From Octopus sinensis (lineage: Eukaryota), in NCBI RefSeq assembly GCF_006345805.1, contig NC_043000.1, positions 45,012,001 to 45,076,000 on the forward strand: DNA of 64,000 nt, in the 5' to 3' direction. This document shows, piece after piece, positions 1 through 14,370 of the stretch. Within the stretch, counting starts at the first letter, position 1, and the number at the start of each line of letters is the position of its first letter. The position numbers and the translations under genes are program-made. The notes below the pieces were generated by a model that made no database searches, had not been told where the DNA came from, and was given only the letters and a program-made list of their open reading frames with translations.

Positions 1-164
1 AAGTAAAAATGAGTTCTTTATCATAAATACATGTGTGTATAGCTGGGATGCATGAATGTGAATTTGAGTGTGTGCAAAGTGCATATGTGTGTGGGTGTGT
101 TAATCTTAAAAACCTTCCCATCTACCTAACCATAACACGTTCATGTGCGTGTTCATAATAGAAT

Positions 165-380
<216 letters not shown>

Positions 381-929
381 TCACTCACAGACAGGCAAAC
401 ATACACATAACATATATTTATGGAAGTATGCATCTTACAGATGCATACATAAATAGACACATACATCATTTAATTAAACTTCTTAAAATTTTCTTGACTT
501 TTCTAAAATTTCGTTTTCACCTTTTGTTTCTTTTCCATTTCTATTCTCTTCTTCGACAATCCACCTTTATCTATTCATTTAATTATTTATTTATTTATTC
601 CTTTTTCCATTCTTAGTTTATCTCGCAAAGAATGATATTGATATTTTCACCCTCCTACCTCCTTACAAGAACCACTTTTCCTCACAACACACCTCACACT
701 CTTACACTCTGTGTGCACATACTGTACATTCAAGTAAACCAACACTTGCACACACAGCTATGCTTACAGAGAGAACTACTTTCAGAAATGTATTTGCTAA
801 TTGACTGTAAACTTTGCAGTGCTTTCATTAGAATGAGACATGACTTGGAGATAGAGTTTAGTTTTCAACATATGTGATTTTAATCAATGATGCTTCCACT
901 ACATTGAAACATCATTATGATCCCTCACT

Positions 930-1095
930 TTCTTTCTCTCACCTTCCTTCTCTCTCTTTCTCCTTTTCCCCTCTCTCTCTATATATATATATACATATAT
1001 ATACACACATATACAAACACACACACATACATATATACATATATATTTATATACATATAAATATATATATATATATATATATAAGTACATATATG
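930..1095. repeat. Compound (CT)n/(TA)n/(CA)n microsatellite
   Basis: Directly visible. Confidence 0.9.
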
Positions 1096-1784
1096 TGTTT
1101 GTGTGCATCTGTGTATACACACCAATGTATTGCTATAATTGTTATATATAAAGTAACAATGATAACAACAAGAACAATAGCAGCTGCTACACAAAATCAA
1201 CACCACCACCAACAATAGCAATAATAATGTTTAACATTCCAAAGTTTTCTATCCTTTATTATGACTTTAACATGAAGGAGATGGGAGACAGCTGTAACTG
1301 TAGAATTACTGTAAGACTACATGTATATACATAGTTGGATTTTGACTGCACTTTTAAGGCACTGCATTCAAAACTAAGAAAAGTTCATGTTACCTTTCAT
1401 TGTTTTAACTTTTGAGGAAAGGCTAGCGAATCATTGGGCAATGATCCTTATGTTCTGTGCATTCTGAGTTCAAATACAACCACGGTCAACTTTATATTTT
1501 ATACTGCATGGAGTAGATACAAAAGGTACTAATCTATTGGTTTGTCTGGAAAGTGCGTGCTGATTTATAGTAGCTTACCTTTCGACTTATTTCAGAACAT
1601 GGCTGAGTCCATAAAATAGGATTTGACTACACCTCCATTAAGAGCACAGTTTAAGCTATCTTTTCGTGGAAGAAGGTTTATGTTCCTATAACCTCTGTTA
1701 ATTCTGTAACCCTTTAAAGTGGAAGATAAGACAGTTCATTTTCAGCATTTGATGCTTCGGGAACCAGGCAAAAATTGCTGCAGC

Positions 1785-1905
1785 TCATCCATGAAGATAG
1801 GGTGGTTGAGACGAGGTCCATTCTCTCTCAGCTCATAGTGTACATTGATTTTGCATAGGACTACAGAAAGTGGGATCAAGGTTATAACAAATAAAATTAT
1901 TTTAT
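1785..1905 (-). mobile_element. Short R4/Dong-like RT fragment (duplicate of 4884-4995)
   Basis: The minus strand reads LFVITLIPLSVVLCKIN...GPRLNHPIFMD, the R4-clade RT active-site region. Confidence 0.6.
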
Positions 1906-2039
1906 CATTATTATTACTTTATGTTTGACTTTAGCTTTGTATTTGTACAACTTGAATCCAAGTATCACACAGAGACCCCAAGAGACCACAAATTAGAAGT
2001 TCAAGTTGGTGTTATGCACAGGGTGCCATTTATTTGTAT

Positions 2040-2165
2040 TATTTACATTTGACAGATATTTGTCTGCATCTTGTTTATTGTTAACACAATGTTTCGGCTG
2101 ATACACCCTCCAGCCATCATGTGTCTTGGAGAAATTTTTCGATGTTGTTGTTGTTATTATTATTA
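2040..2165 (-). mobile_element. 3' tail of SINE family D with decayed hammerhead-like motif
   Basis: Reverse complement CCAAGACACATGATGGCTGGAGGGTGTATCAGCCGAAACATTGTGTTAAC matches 18789-18884; the GGCTG/CAGCC stem is followed by GAAAC. Confidence 0.75.
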
Positions 2166-2173
2166 TTATTATT

Positions 2174-2728
2174 GAGTGAGAGAGCAGTGCATGCCATCAA
2201 AGTGACACTGGGGTAAAATATACGAAGCCCAATATACCCATCATGACTACCCGTCTGATAAGGGTACACCAGGCACATGCATCACAACCATATGTGCACG
2301 ACATGGTGATCTCATATCAAGATAAACAGCACATGACCTTGCAGGTGGGGCCCAGTTAGAATTTTCTTCAGGCTGAGTAGCCCATCCCGCTCAAAAGGTC
2401 CCTGAATAAGGGTTGTTTAAGGATGTTGAAAGAACCACCCATGTTTCCAGAGGTGAATTATTCAAACCCCAAAGAATCCCTCTCAACATATGGCTATGAT
2501 GCTCCCCCACTACTTCTGCTCATGATCAGATATGCACATATCGTCAGCCACTAAGGGACATGCTCAACTGGTTAAGGTCAAACAACTGACAAGCAAATCT
2601 GTGGTATTGAGCAGAATATTTGCTGTAGCCCATCTTTTATACCAAGACAAAACAATGTACATGATAACACTTCCAATCAGTTAAGATCAGAAGCCATGAG
2701 AGCCACTGCCTGGTACTGCATCAGGGCA
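2174..2728 (-). mobile_element. ~555-bp non-coding interspersed element flanked by (AAT)n ('Y' element)
   Basis: Near-identical reverse-complement copy at 18184-18739 and a partial copy at 5175-5550; AAT repeats on both sides. Confidence 0.85.
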
Positions 2729-2730
2729 TT

Positions 2731-2735
2731 TATTA

Positions 2736-2775
<40 letters not shown>

Positions 2776-2842
2776 TTATTATTATTATTATCATCATCAT
2801 CATTATTATTATTATTATTAACATCATCATCATTATTATTGT
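2731..2842. repeat. (ATT)n/(ATC)n microsatellite
   Basis: Directly visible. Confidence 0.95.
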
Positions 2843-2844
2843 TC

Positions 2845-2940
2845 ATGTTAAGAGCACTGGCTACTAATCCCAAAATCCTGAGTTCGATTCCAAACAGTGA
2901 CCTGAACAACAACAACAATAATAATAACATCGAAAAATAC
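2845..2940 (+). mobile_element. Truncated tRNA-like head of SINE family D
   Basis: TTAAGAGCACTGGCTACTAATCCC...GTTCGATTCC (B box)...GTGACCTGAAC(AAC/AAT)nAACATCGAAAAATACC matches 18075-18130 and 18741-18758. Confidence 0.75.
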
Positions 2941-2944
2941 CATT

Positions 2945-3735
2945 ATAATTTCGTCTTTTAGTAGTTTGTATTTTTCAATCTTTTCTACTTCTTTGTCACT
3001 TATGCATGCATCTCAAGGTATTGCAATATCTGAGCTTGGTTTCCTTTTTTCCTTTATCTACCCCAACAATAACTGGTCTCCAAGCCTCAATTAACAAGTC
3101 TCAATGGATTATAAAATCCCACAATATCTTACGTTCCTTGTTTTCGGTGACTCCTGGTTCATGTATATACCATTTCCGTTCTCTGTTCAGGCTGTACTTT
3201 TCATATAGTCTCCAGTGGATGAACTCAGCTATATTATCGTGCTTCCTTTTGTAGTGCTTTTGGGCCAGCTTGCTACTCACTCACAATATGTGATAGCATT
3301 TCGTTTCTGCTGCCACACCTCCTACGAAAAGGAGATTCGCTATTCTTATCTATTTAGAACTTGGTGTAATTAGTTCTCAGAGCTTGTTCCTGGATGATCC
3401 ATATCAGTGCCTCCATGCATCCTTTCAGATGCATGGAGGCATCTGAATGTGTTGATCCTGCTTTTCTTAGCCATCTCCAAGTTTTGATCTTGTCAATTCT
3501 TTCGATTTCTCTGAGGTATTGCCCATGCAGTGGTTTCATTTTTCAGTTGTTTACTCTTCTTCATCTTGTTTCTTAAATGTTTGTAGGTGCATCACTGGTA
3601 GGTAATACATAGTTAATTCTAAGAGTGGCAAGCAAGGATTCACTCTTCTGTTTGATGTACCATCCCAGATTGTTCTCATTGACAACACAGATCTTGCATA
3701 CTATGAGACTTCATCCACCCCTGTTTCTAGGCACA
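2945..3735 (-). mobile_element. R4/Dong-clade non-LTR retrotransposon fragment (C-terminal region), degenerate
   Basis: KPLHGQYLREIERIDKIKTWRWLRK...EALIWIIQEQALRTNY followed by zinc-knuckle and REL-like remnants, with stops and frameshifts. Confidence 0.8.
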
Positions 3736-4995
3736 TTCCTCCTCAAGGTTACTATATTTGGCCTTCAGTGCTCTAAAACATTGTCTGTCTGGAAGTCAAA
3801 GTCCCAGGGGATTTTTGCCTCCCTCTTTTCGTCCATTACCTTTTTTGGTGTATGTTGGTACCAAGCACCAGTAACCTCATAAACATACTTATGGCATAGC
3901 AGCTAGTGAAGGCTTTGAGCTACCCTGTCATGTCTATGCTTGTACTCTTTCTACACAAGACTTTCACAAGCATTAACAATGTGAGTCATGTTTTCGACCC
4001 TCTTCCCACACATTCTACAGAGGTCCTTTGCATTTATGTGGCATATATTCTTTTTCGCTGAGTTGGAATTTAATACCTGGTCCTTGGTAGCAATGATTAG
4101 GCTTTCAGTATTCGTTTTTTGGTCACCTTTGTTAAGCTACCTCCATGATACTTCCTGGTCTTTTAACTCGTTGGTTTCATGGTGGAACTGATCATGTAAT
4201 TCCATACAGAGTAGGCTTTCCTCTCTCTCATTGGCTGTTCTTGATCAGAATTCCTGAGCACTCTCAAGTCCATTTTTGTTAACTCCTTCTGCACTAGCAG
4301 TATACTGTAGCACATCTTGTTTGCTGTTTACCAAATATTCTGCCATGCTTCTTCTTTCCCTGTCGATGCACTGCCATACACTAATCAGCTCACTTCCACC
4401 TTTACCTCTCTTCATGTAGAGCCTGTGTACATTTGCCTTAGGGTGGAGGGCACCATGCATTGTCATTGTCTTTCAGATAGAGTAATCAAGTAGGTCAATC
4501 TTTGCTTGAATCCATTTTAGGATGGGTGCACTATAGTGGACTACAGTGACAGTCCATATGTTGATGGCAGTCACAAGATTCCTTGAATTGCATTTTGATT
4601 TCAAGTTTGAGGTGCTTGAAATATGCAGTGATGACATTGACTTTCATTTATTTGTGCAAGATATTATCCAGCTCAAGGATCACAAGGTATTTGTACCCAT
4701 CATCATCTGGGTCTTCCATTCTCTCTCCATTTGGCAATTCTGTACCCCTACACTTTACTCATTTCCCCTGCTTCAAAGTAAGCACCGTACACTTCAAGAT
4801 ACCGAATTCCATCCCTATATCCTTACTGCACAGTCCTAACCAGCCACTCCATTTCAGGCTCTGTTTTTGCAAACAGTTTTAAATCATCCATGAAGAAAAA
4901 GTGGTTGAGACAAGGTCCATTCTTTTTCAGCTCAAGTGCACATTGATTTTGCATAGGACTACAGAAAGTGGGATCAAGGCTATAACAAATAACAT
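3735..4995 (-). mobile_element. Second R4/Dong-clade LINE fragment (RT motif through CCHC and REL start)
   Basis: LFVIALIPL, NHFFFMDDLKLF, MHGALHPKANVHRLYMKRGKGG, CRMCGKRVENMTHIVNAC, KIPWDFDFQTDNVLEH. Confidence 0.85.
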
Positions 4996-5174
4996 TATTT
5001 TATCATTATTATTACTTTATGTTTGACTTTTGCTTTGTATTTGTACAGCCTCACACAGAAACATAAAGAGACAACAAATTAGAAGTTCAAGTTGGTGTTA
5101 TGCACAGGGTGTCATATATTTGGTTTTGCACATAGTATTTTTCTAGATTATTATGATTATTATTATTATTATCC

Positions 5175-5550
5175 AGTGAGAGAGCAGTGCATTCCATTAA
5201 AGTGATGCTGGCATACAAATATATGAAGTCCAATGTACCCATCATCATTACCTGTCTGATAAGAGTACACCAGGTATATGCATCACAACCACATGTATAT
5301 GACATGGTGATCTCTTATCAAGATAAACAGTGCATAAACTTGCAGGTGGGACCCAGTTAGAATTTACTTCAGGTTGAGCAGCCCATCCTGCTCCAAAGGT
5401 CCCTAAATAAGGTTTCTTTAAGGAGGTGAACGAAAGCTCATGATTCCAGAGGTGAATTATTCAACCCTAAAGAATTCCTCTCAACACATGGTTATAATAC
5501 TTCCCCACTACTCCTGCCCAATGTCAGAGATGCACTTTTCATCACCTACT
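5175..5550 (-). mobile_element. Partial, more diverged copy of the Y element
   Basis: Aligns by eye to 2174-2560. Confidence 0.8.
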
Positions 5551-5824
5551 AGTGTGCTGGCTTGCTTCAGTGGGCTCCATTGAACCTTGTAGTGTGCAAC
5601 CAATTTACATGTTTGGTGTTGAATTGATGTATTTTTCTTTCTTCCTCTTCTTTTTACCTTTTTTTCTTTTTCTTTCTTCATTCATATTTGTATTTTGCTT
5701 TGTTTTAGATTTGCATTTTGATGTGGTTTTGTATCATATATGATATCATATATATAGATGTTATATATGTAATAAAATAAATATGCCTCACTCCTTTAGA
5801 CTATATGATTATACATATATAAAG

Positions 5825-6000
5825 GCATAGGAGTTGCTGTGTGGTAAGTAGCTTGCTTACGAACAACATGTTTCTGGGTTCAGTCCCACTGCATGGCACC
5901 TTGGGCAAGTGTCTTCTACTATAGCCTCGGGCCGACCAAAGCCTTGTCAGTGGATTTGGTACATGGAAACTGAAAAAAGAAGCCCATTGTATATATGTAT

Positions 6001-6082
<82 letters not shown>

Positions 6083-6332
6083 TATATACATATGTATATA
6101 TATATGTATGTGTGTGTGTATATGTTTGTGTGTCTGTGTTTGTCCCCCCAACATTGCTTGACAACCAATGCTGCTGTGTTTACGTCCCTGTAACCTAGCA
6201 GTTCAGTGAAAGACCGATAGAATAAGTACCAGGCATACAAAGAATAAGTCCTGGGGTTGATTTGCTCGACTAAAGGTAGTGCTCCAACATGACTGCAATC
6301 AAATGACTGAAACAAGTAAAAGAGTGAAAGAG
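5825..6332 (+). mobile_element. tRNA-derived SINE family A (octopus-type) with internal (TA)n(TG)n tract
   Basis: Head GGCATAGGAGTTGCTGTGTGGTAAGTAGCTTGC...GGGTTCAGTCCC; tail ...GACTGAAACAAGTAAAAGAG; at least 6 copies in the window. Confidence 0.9.
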
Positions 6333-6606
6333 TATACATGGAAATCAGGTAACTTTTATATCAATGACATTTAATGATAACTTGTTTTTACATTTATGTT
6401 GTGATCATCAGCTGAAAGATTCTTTTTTTCATTCTTATTTTGTGATCTTAAGGATTATTGTTCATTTGGCATCAACATGGTTCTGGGTTCAGCCTCTTTG
6501 CAAAGCACCTTGGATAAATATCTTCTTTAGCCACTTATTGACCAATTCCGTTAGAATGAATTTGACTATAAGGAGGCTGTTTGCAAACTCTTCACATATA
6601 TATATA

Positions 6607-6777
6607 GGTGCAGGAGTGGCTGTGTGGTAAGTAGCTTGCTAACCAACCACATGGTTCCGGGTTCAATCCCACTGCGTGACATCTTGGGCAAGTGTCTTCT
6701 ACTATAGCCCCGGGCCAACCAAAGCCTTGTGAGTGGATTTGGTAGATGGAAACTGAAAGAAGCCTGTCATATATATG

Positions 6778-6808
<31 letters not shown>

Positions 6809-7030
6809 GTGTGTGTGTTTGTGTGTTTGTGTGTCTGTGTTTGTCCCCCTAGCATTGCTTGACAACCGATGCTGGTGTGTTTATGTCACCGTCACTTAGC
6901 AGTTCGGCAAAAGAGACCGATAGAATAAGTACTGGGCTTCCAAAGAATAAGTCCCGGGGTTGATTTGCTCAACTAAAGGCGGTGCTCCAGCATGGCTGCA
7001 GTCAAATGACTGAAACAAGTAAAAGAGTAA
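6607..7030 (+). mobile_element. SINE family A
   Basis: Full head, internal microsatellite and tail as in 5825-6332. Confidence 0.9.
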
Positions 7031-7040
7031 GAATATATAC

Positions 7041-7072
<32 letters not shown>

Positions 7073-7864
7073 ATGTGTGTGTATCTTTGTTTGCTTACAC
7101 TGTTTAATGCAATGGGGCGAATAGCATGATTTGAGTATTTAAATCAAAGGGTCATGTACTGATTGTACAACACAATAAACTCCTAATTTATTGAAATTTT
7201 CTTTACAACGTACAGAGCAAATAAAAAAGACTTAAAACAACTGTTAGTGTTCTCCAAGATAAAATATGATAATTTCCAGTAGTTGGGAATTATTTCTTCA
7301 GTTATATATCTAAGGCAAAAAAGATTCTGTTTATTTATAGACTCAGGACAACTTAATATGTGTATTTCAGGCTATTTGAACATATTAGCATAATTTAGCT
7401 TATTTCAGAGAGTTATTTCCCTTAGTTGTTTTTGTATTTAATTATGCAAATTGCTCTTGTCCAAAACACACACTTCTTTTTCATGTAAAAATCTATTTAC
7501 ATACAGCCAGTAATAAGTTGATTGCAAAATGCTGACACTGTTTAATAAACTGAAACCTAAGTCACAAGTGGTTAAGTTTTTATCTGCAAAAAATACCTGA
7601 CTGTTCTTTCTTTGAGCAAGTATATTATTCTTACATACTTTTATTTGTTTCAGTCATTAGACTACAGCCATCCTGAGACACTACTTCACAGCATTTAGTT
7701 GAAAAAGTTGATCCAGTTCTTATTTTAAACAGATGTTTATTCTAATAGTTTTTTGGGTTTTTTTCAGAAATGTGTAAGTTACAGAGACAGAGAAATTAAC
7801 ACAGTAGGATAAAAACACATAGATATGCATACTCACACTTCTACAAATAAGTGTGTGTATTATG

Positions 7865-7963
7865 TGCATCATCATCATCATCATCACCACCACCACCACC
7901 ATCATCACCATCATCCTCATCATCATCATCATCATCACCACCACCACCACCACCACCACCACC

Positions 7964-7997
<34 letters not shown>

Positions 7998-8020
7998 TCA
8001 TCACCATCATCATCATCATT
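7865..8020. repeat. (CAT)n/(CAC)n trinucleotide microsatellite
   Basis: Source of the poly-His/poly-Met/poly-Asp ORFs. Confidence 0.97.
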
Positions 8021-8140
8021 TAGCACCTGTTTTCCATGCTGGCATGTGTTAGATGGCTTCACTGGGGCTGGTAAACCAGAGAGCTCTAGCAGCTCCAGTT
8101 AGATTTAGCTTGGTTTCTATGGCTGAATGTCCTTATATAT
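8021..8140 (-). mobile_element. 3' end of a (GAT)n-tailed retroposon (RTE-type tail)
   Basis: TTTTCCATGCTGGCATG(T/G)GTT motif next to (CAT)n; also at ~10190, ~14465, ~28345 and, on the plus strand, ~49590. Confidence 0.7.
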
Positions 8141-8144
8141 GGCC

Positions 8145-8420
8145 TAATAATCAGAGCATTGTGCTCATGGTCACTAGATCATGAGTTCAATTCCTAGCCC
8201 CGGTGGTGTGTTGCGCTCTTGAGCTAAACATTTCATCTCATGTTGCCCTGCAATCACTTCAACACCTGCTGCAAGATACTACATGCACCTGTCCAGATGA
8301 CATCAATTTGATGGAGAGAGTGAGATAATGTGTGGCACAAACATTTGATCACTATAAGCAAATCATAAGCAAAGCAGGTCATTCAGCAAAAGCTAAACTT
8401 CCATACATTGTCTTCAATGG
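8145..8420 (+). mobile_element. Degenerate tRNA-headed SINE, distinct family
   Basis: GAGTTCAATTCC B-box-like motif followed by GTGTTGCGCTCTTGAGCTAAACATTTCATCTCATGTTG. Confidence 0.5.
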
Positions 8421-8526
8421 GACAGTCCATCGTGTATATATATATATAATAATAATATTAGGGAATAAATCCAAACTTACTGGGAAAAACTAGATTTAGG
8501 ATTAAATCTAATTTTATAGTATAAAT

Positions 8527-10136
<1,610 letters not shown>

Positions 10137-10825
10137 ATACATCGTGTTTATATATATACATACACTCATATATATATATCATCATCATCATAGTTTAACA
10201 TCCGTTTTCCATGCTAGCATGGGTTGGATGGTTCGACTGGGATCTGCGAAGCCAGATATACTAAAATATATTAAATATTAAAATTAAGTTGTTGATAGGT
10301 GCTATATAAGTGTTCCCTATATATTTGAATAGATAAAGTTGTATATTTCACTGCATTCAGTGGAGATGTATTTTAAATAATGTCCAGGAAGTGCTTCCCA
10401 CTCAGTGTGATGCTATGTGCATGATGTGGAAACGATATGATTCAAACATAGTGTTGTAAAAATAGAGACCACTTGGATTTTCACTCGAAATCTATAAATT
10501 TGTAGGTATGATTTGTTGTAATAAATATGGTTTTGCAATTGTATTAGTTGAAAATTTAATGATACAAAATCTATATCTGCAGGCATGGCTATTTGATTAA
10601 GAAATTTTCTTTGAAATTGCATGGTTTCAGATTTAGTTATGTTGTGTGGCAAGTTAGACAAGTGTTTTCTATGTTAGATCTAAAACCATTCTGAGCAGTA
10701 TTGAAGGCTCTCTTAATTATACTATGTCAATATTGGTTAATAGGCATTACAATATAACTATTTGTCTGTATAATTATATTGAATTCTCTTCAGATGTTGA
10801 CCCCCTTGAACATTTAATAATGTGT

Positions 10826-10827
<2 letters not shown>

Positions 10828-10891
<64 letters not shown>
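10828..10891. repeat. (TATC)n microsatellite
   Basis: Directly visible. Confidence 0.97.
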
Positions 10892-10892
<1 letters not shown>

Positions 10893-11529
10893 GACCTGTA
10901 TGTATTGGCGTGTGTGTGTGTGTAAGCACTAAGAGAGAGAGACATTTACACTGACTGATCTGAGACGTTAGTGCAATGACCTGTAATATATCCATGCAAG
11001 AGGAAGATATTCTCATAGGCTAACATCCAAATAGAATTTTCTTTAATTGTTTGTTCTTTTCCATTTTCTTCTCTTTCCTTTTCTCTTCCTCCTTCTCCTT
11101 CTTTTTCTCCTCCTATTTCTTCTCCAAATTCTCCTCATCCTTCTAGTATTTCTTCCTCCTCTTCTTTTCTATTCAGAACCCAATTCCATCTATTTGACAA
11201 TGCATGATATTTTTCAATCTAGAAGTTAATAAGTAATGTGTTTGTTCAGTAACGGATTTCTTTAAGCTTCAACAGTTCTTAACATCTTCAGATGGAGCTG
11301 TAACAAGTTTACCAGTTACCAAATTACTTGCCTGAGGTAATACCAGACAAATATTAACTGAATTGCTAACAGAAAATTTAATTAAATAACCAAAACTTCT
11401 CATTTCTGCTCCTCTTAATTCTGAAGTGCCACCATTAAAAAATTTGCCAAAAAAACAATGCATATGCATGTTTGCATGTATGTGAATGTGCATATGTGCA
11501 TATATACATGTATAACTATGCACACCTAC

Positions 11530-11622
11530 ACTCCTACACACACACACTGACACATACACACACACATGATATATATCACTCCTACGCACACACACTGACA
11601 CATACACGCACACATGATATAT
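11530..11622. repeat. Two-copy ~47-bp tandem repeat
   Basis: ACTCCTAC(A/G)CACACACACTGACACATACAC...CATGATATATA occurs twice. Confidence 0.85.
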
Positions 11623-11797
11623 AAAGTCAAAATAAGGGTGAAAAAATTGGATATTAATCAATAACATCAATTTAAACACCAAGTGGCCTAGCGTATAAAA
11701 GACTGGGATTCAGAGAACAATTCTTGGTGGTGGATTCCCTTTGTGGATCTATATCTAGCGTTAGAGCGTCCACATAGTGGATTCTCTCTCATAGTTT

Positions 11798-11851
<54 letters not shown>

Positions 11852-12797
11852 GCATTTATGCTTATATTAATTACATATCACACATCTAAATACATACAGA
11901 TATATATACATATATGTATATATATGTATGTATGTATATGTATGTACATATATGTATGTATGTATGTATATGTATGTATATATAATATATATATATATAT
12001 ATGACCGTCATCACATTTTTAACTGTTATTCTCATCTTAATAACCCATCATCATCATAATTAGGATGAGGAGAAATCATAAAGGCAAATCTCAAGAGGCT
12101 GTACGTCAGAAATGAGAATATAAAGATCTGCAACACGTAATGTGATGGTCTTTGGAGAAGGTTGGTCCAACTTACACAAATGCAGAAACTACAAACGATG
12201 ATAGGGGTATAATGTGGTGGGGGTACTGGTGATGATGAGGATGATGATGATGATGATGATGAGAGTGACAATAACGATGATGAAGATGCTGAAATTTTTG
12301 CTTTTCCTTTTATTCCTTATATATTCCTTCTTGATACTTAATTTAAATCCTGTCAATGTCTTCTTTGCCTATCCTTGTTTCAGGGTTAATAAAATATACT
12401 GATAAAATATACTGCCAGTCAAATTCTTTTCATACACTGTTACCAACACTTTTCCTCATAATGTATGGCCTTGTTCTTAAATTAATAACCAATATACACA
12501 TCTTCCTTATAAGTAGAGCTTTGGTCTAATATCGTTTCAATTTTATGTAATATTTGATGTAATATTTGCATATTTGCAATTCAAAGTTTCTTCAAGATCA
12601 GAGTTATTTTGTTGTCAGATATAATAAATGTAAATTATAATTTACATTTCTTCTTTTTCCAGGTTATACTGTCGCTGTAAAATATATCTTTACTAAGAAA
12701 AAGTGGGAACATTTGTGTTTTTTTAGTTTTATGTATTGGTCTTCAGATATAAAGACTAGCACCTTCACTTAAATCATTATTAAAGGGTACTTGAAGA

Positions 12798-13240
12798 CTG
12801 AGCTGGCAGAATCGTTAGCACACAGGGCAAAATGCTTAGTGGCATTTTGTCCATGTTTCCATTCTGTGTTCAAATTCCTTTTAGGTTTACTATGCCTTTC
12901 ATCCTTTTGGGTCAATAAAATAAGTACCAGTTATGCACTGAGGTTAAGTTAATTGACTTAAACTCTTCTCCAAAATTGCTGGCATTGTGCCAAAATTCGA
13001 AACAATTATTGAAGAGTACTTCAAGGTGGTGAACTGCCAGAATCATTAGCATGCCCAGCAAAATGCTAAGCGGAATTTCGTCCAACTTTACATTGGGTGT
13101 TCAAATTCCACCAAAGTCAATTTTGTTTTCCATCCTTCCATGGTCAATAAAATAAATATCCGTTAAGAAATGGGATCGATATAACTGACATACCCTCTTC
13201 CTGAAAATTATTGACCATGCACCAAAATTTGAAACCATCA
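12798..13240 (+). mobile_element. Two tandem degenerate SINE family B copies (12798-13005, 13025-13240)
   Basis: GAGCTGGCAGAATCGTTAGCA head, GTTCAAATTCC B box, core GGTCAATAAAATAAGTACCAG. Confidence 0.8.
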
Positions 13241-13649
13241 TTTTATTTATTTTTAATAATGCACCATCATGCACAATCCATTTTCCATATGTCCTGTTAA
13301 CTAAATGCAAAGTATGCTTTTCTGTTTTAATTTTGAATTGATTGATGATGTTTCATTTGTATTGTTTTGCATGCTTTGTTCTAGATTGTGCAATTGTATT
13401 CTGCTGATTTCACTTGTGCCAAGGGCTGGCCTGATGGCAATTAGTGCAAAAGTTAGCAATGCAAATTTATATTAGATGACATGTAATAGAATTTTAAAAG
13501 TAATTTAATTAGTAGTACAAGAACCCATCAAAAGATTTATTAATCATTATCGGTTTGCCTTCTTATTTCCTCTTCAATGTTAATGAATATTTTTTTTCAA
13601 TGTGTGAAGCAGCAAAGAAAAAGAAAATGAATCATCATCATCGTAGTCA

Positions 13650-14150
13650 TTGTTATTATTATTATTATTGTTATTATTATTATTTTTTCCTTATTTCTTC
13701 AAATTTTCTTCTGTTTCGCGCCGAGTGTTTTCCATACATCTAGGGCAGAGAAGCTCATTGTATGCATTCCCAGATTACACACACAAATTCACAGGTAAAA
13801 TATGTATTTAAAAAATAAATAAACAAATAAATTCATGAATGAATGTTGTTTTCACAGCGATAATGCTCTTCTCAGTGCATCAGCTATTCCAGTTAACACG
13901 ATTTTTTGCACTTCCTGTAGGGATGGTAAGCCTGGTATCATTTTCAAATAGGTTTCAGTACCCTTTTTTATCATTCGTAGAGATCCTACAATCGCTGGTA
14001 CCGTAGTCGCCTTGAGATGCCACATTTTTTCATTTTCTATTAGCAAATCTTTATATTTACTGATCTTGTCAAATTCTTTCGCTGCTATATTGAGATCACA
14101 AGGAATACTCATGTCAATTAATAAACACACCTTTTTTGTCTGATCTTTTA
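13650..14150 (-). mobile_element. 5'-truncated R4/Dong-clade LINE 3' end with (AAT)n tail
   Basis: ORF 13852-14130 CLLIDMSIPCDLNIAAKEFDKISKYKDL...VPAIVGSLRMIKK (REL endonuclease), then 3' UTR and an AAT-repeat tail. Confidence 0.9.
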
Positions 14151-14177
14151 TAATAGTATCCAGTTTATTAGCTTTAA

Positions 14178-14197
14178 TTTATTATTATTATTATTAT

Positions 14198-14284
<87 letters not shown>

Positions 14285-14297
14285 CAGCAGCAGCAGC

Positions 14298-14370
<73 letters not shown>

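Noticed and set aside
10395-12720. Scattered splice-like signals (10395-10505, 10581, 11337-11424 minus, 12663) and the donor at 17215
   Set aside because: The frames contain stops or give no recognisable peptide, and no consistent phase chain could be built.
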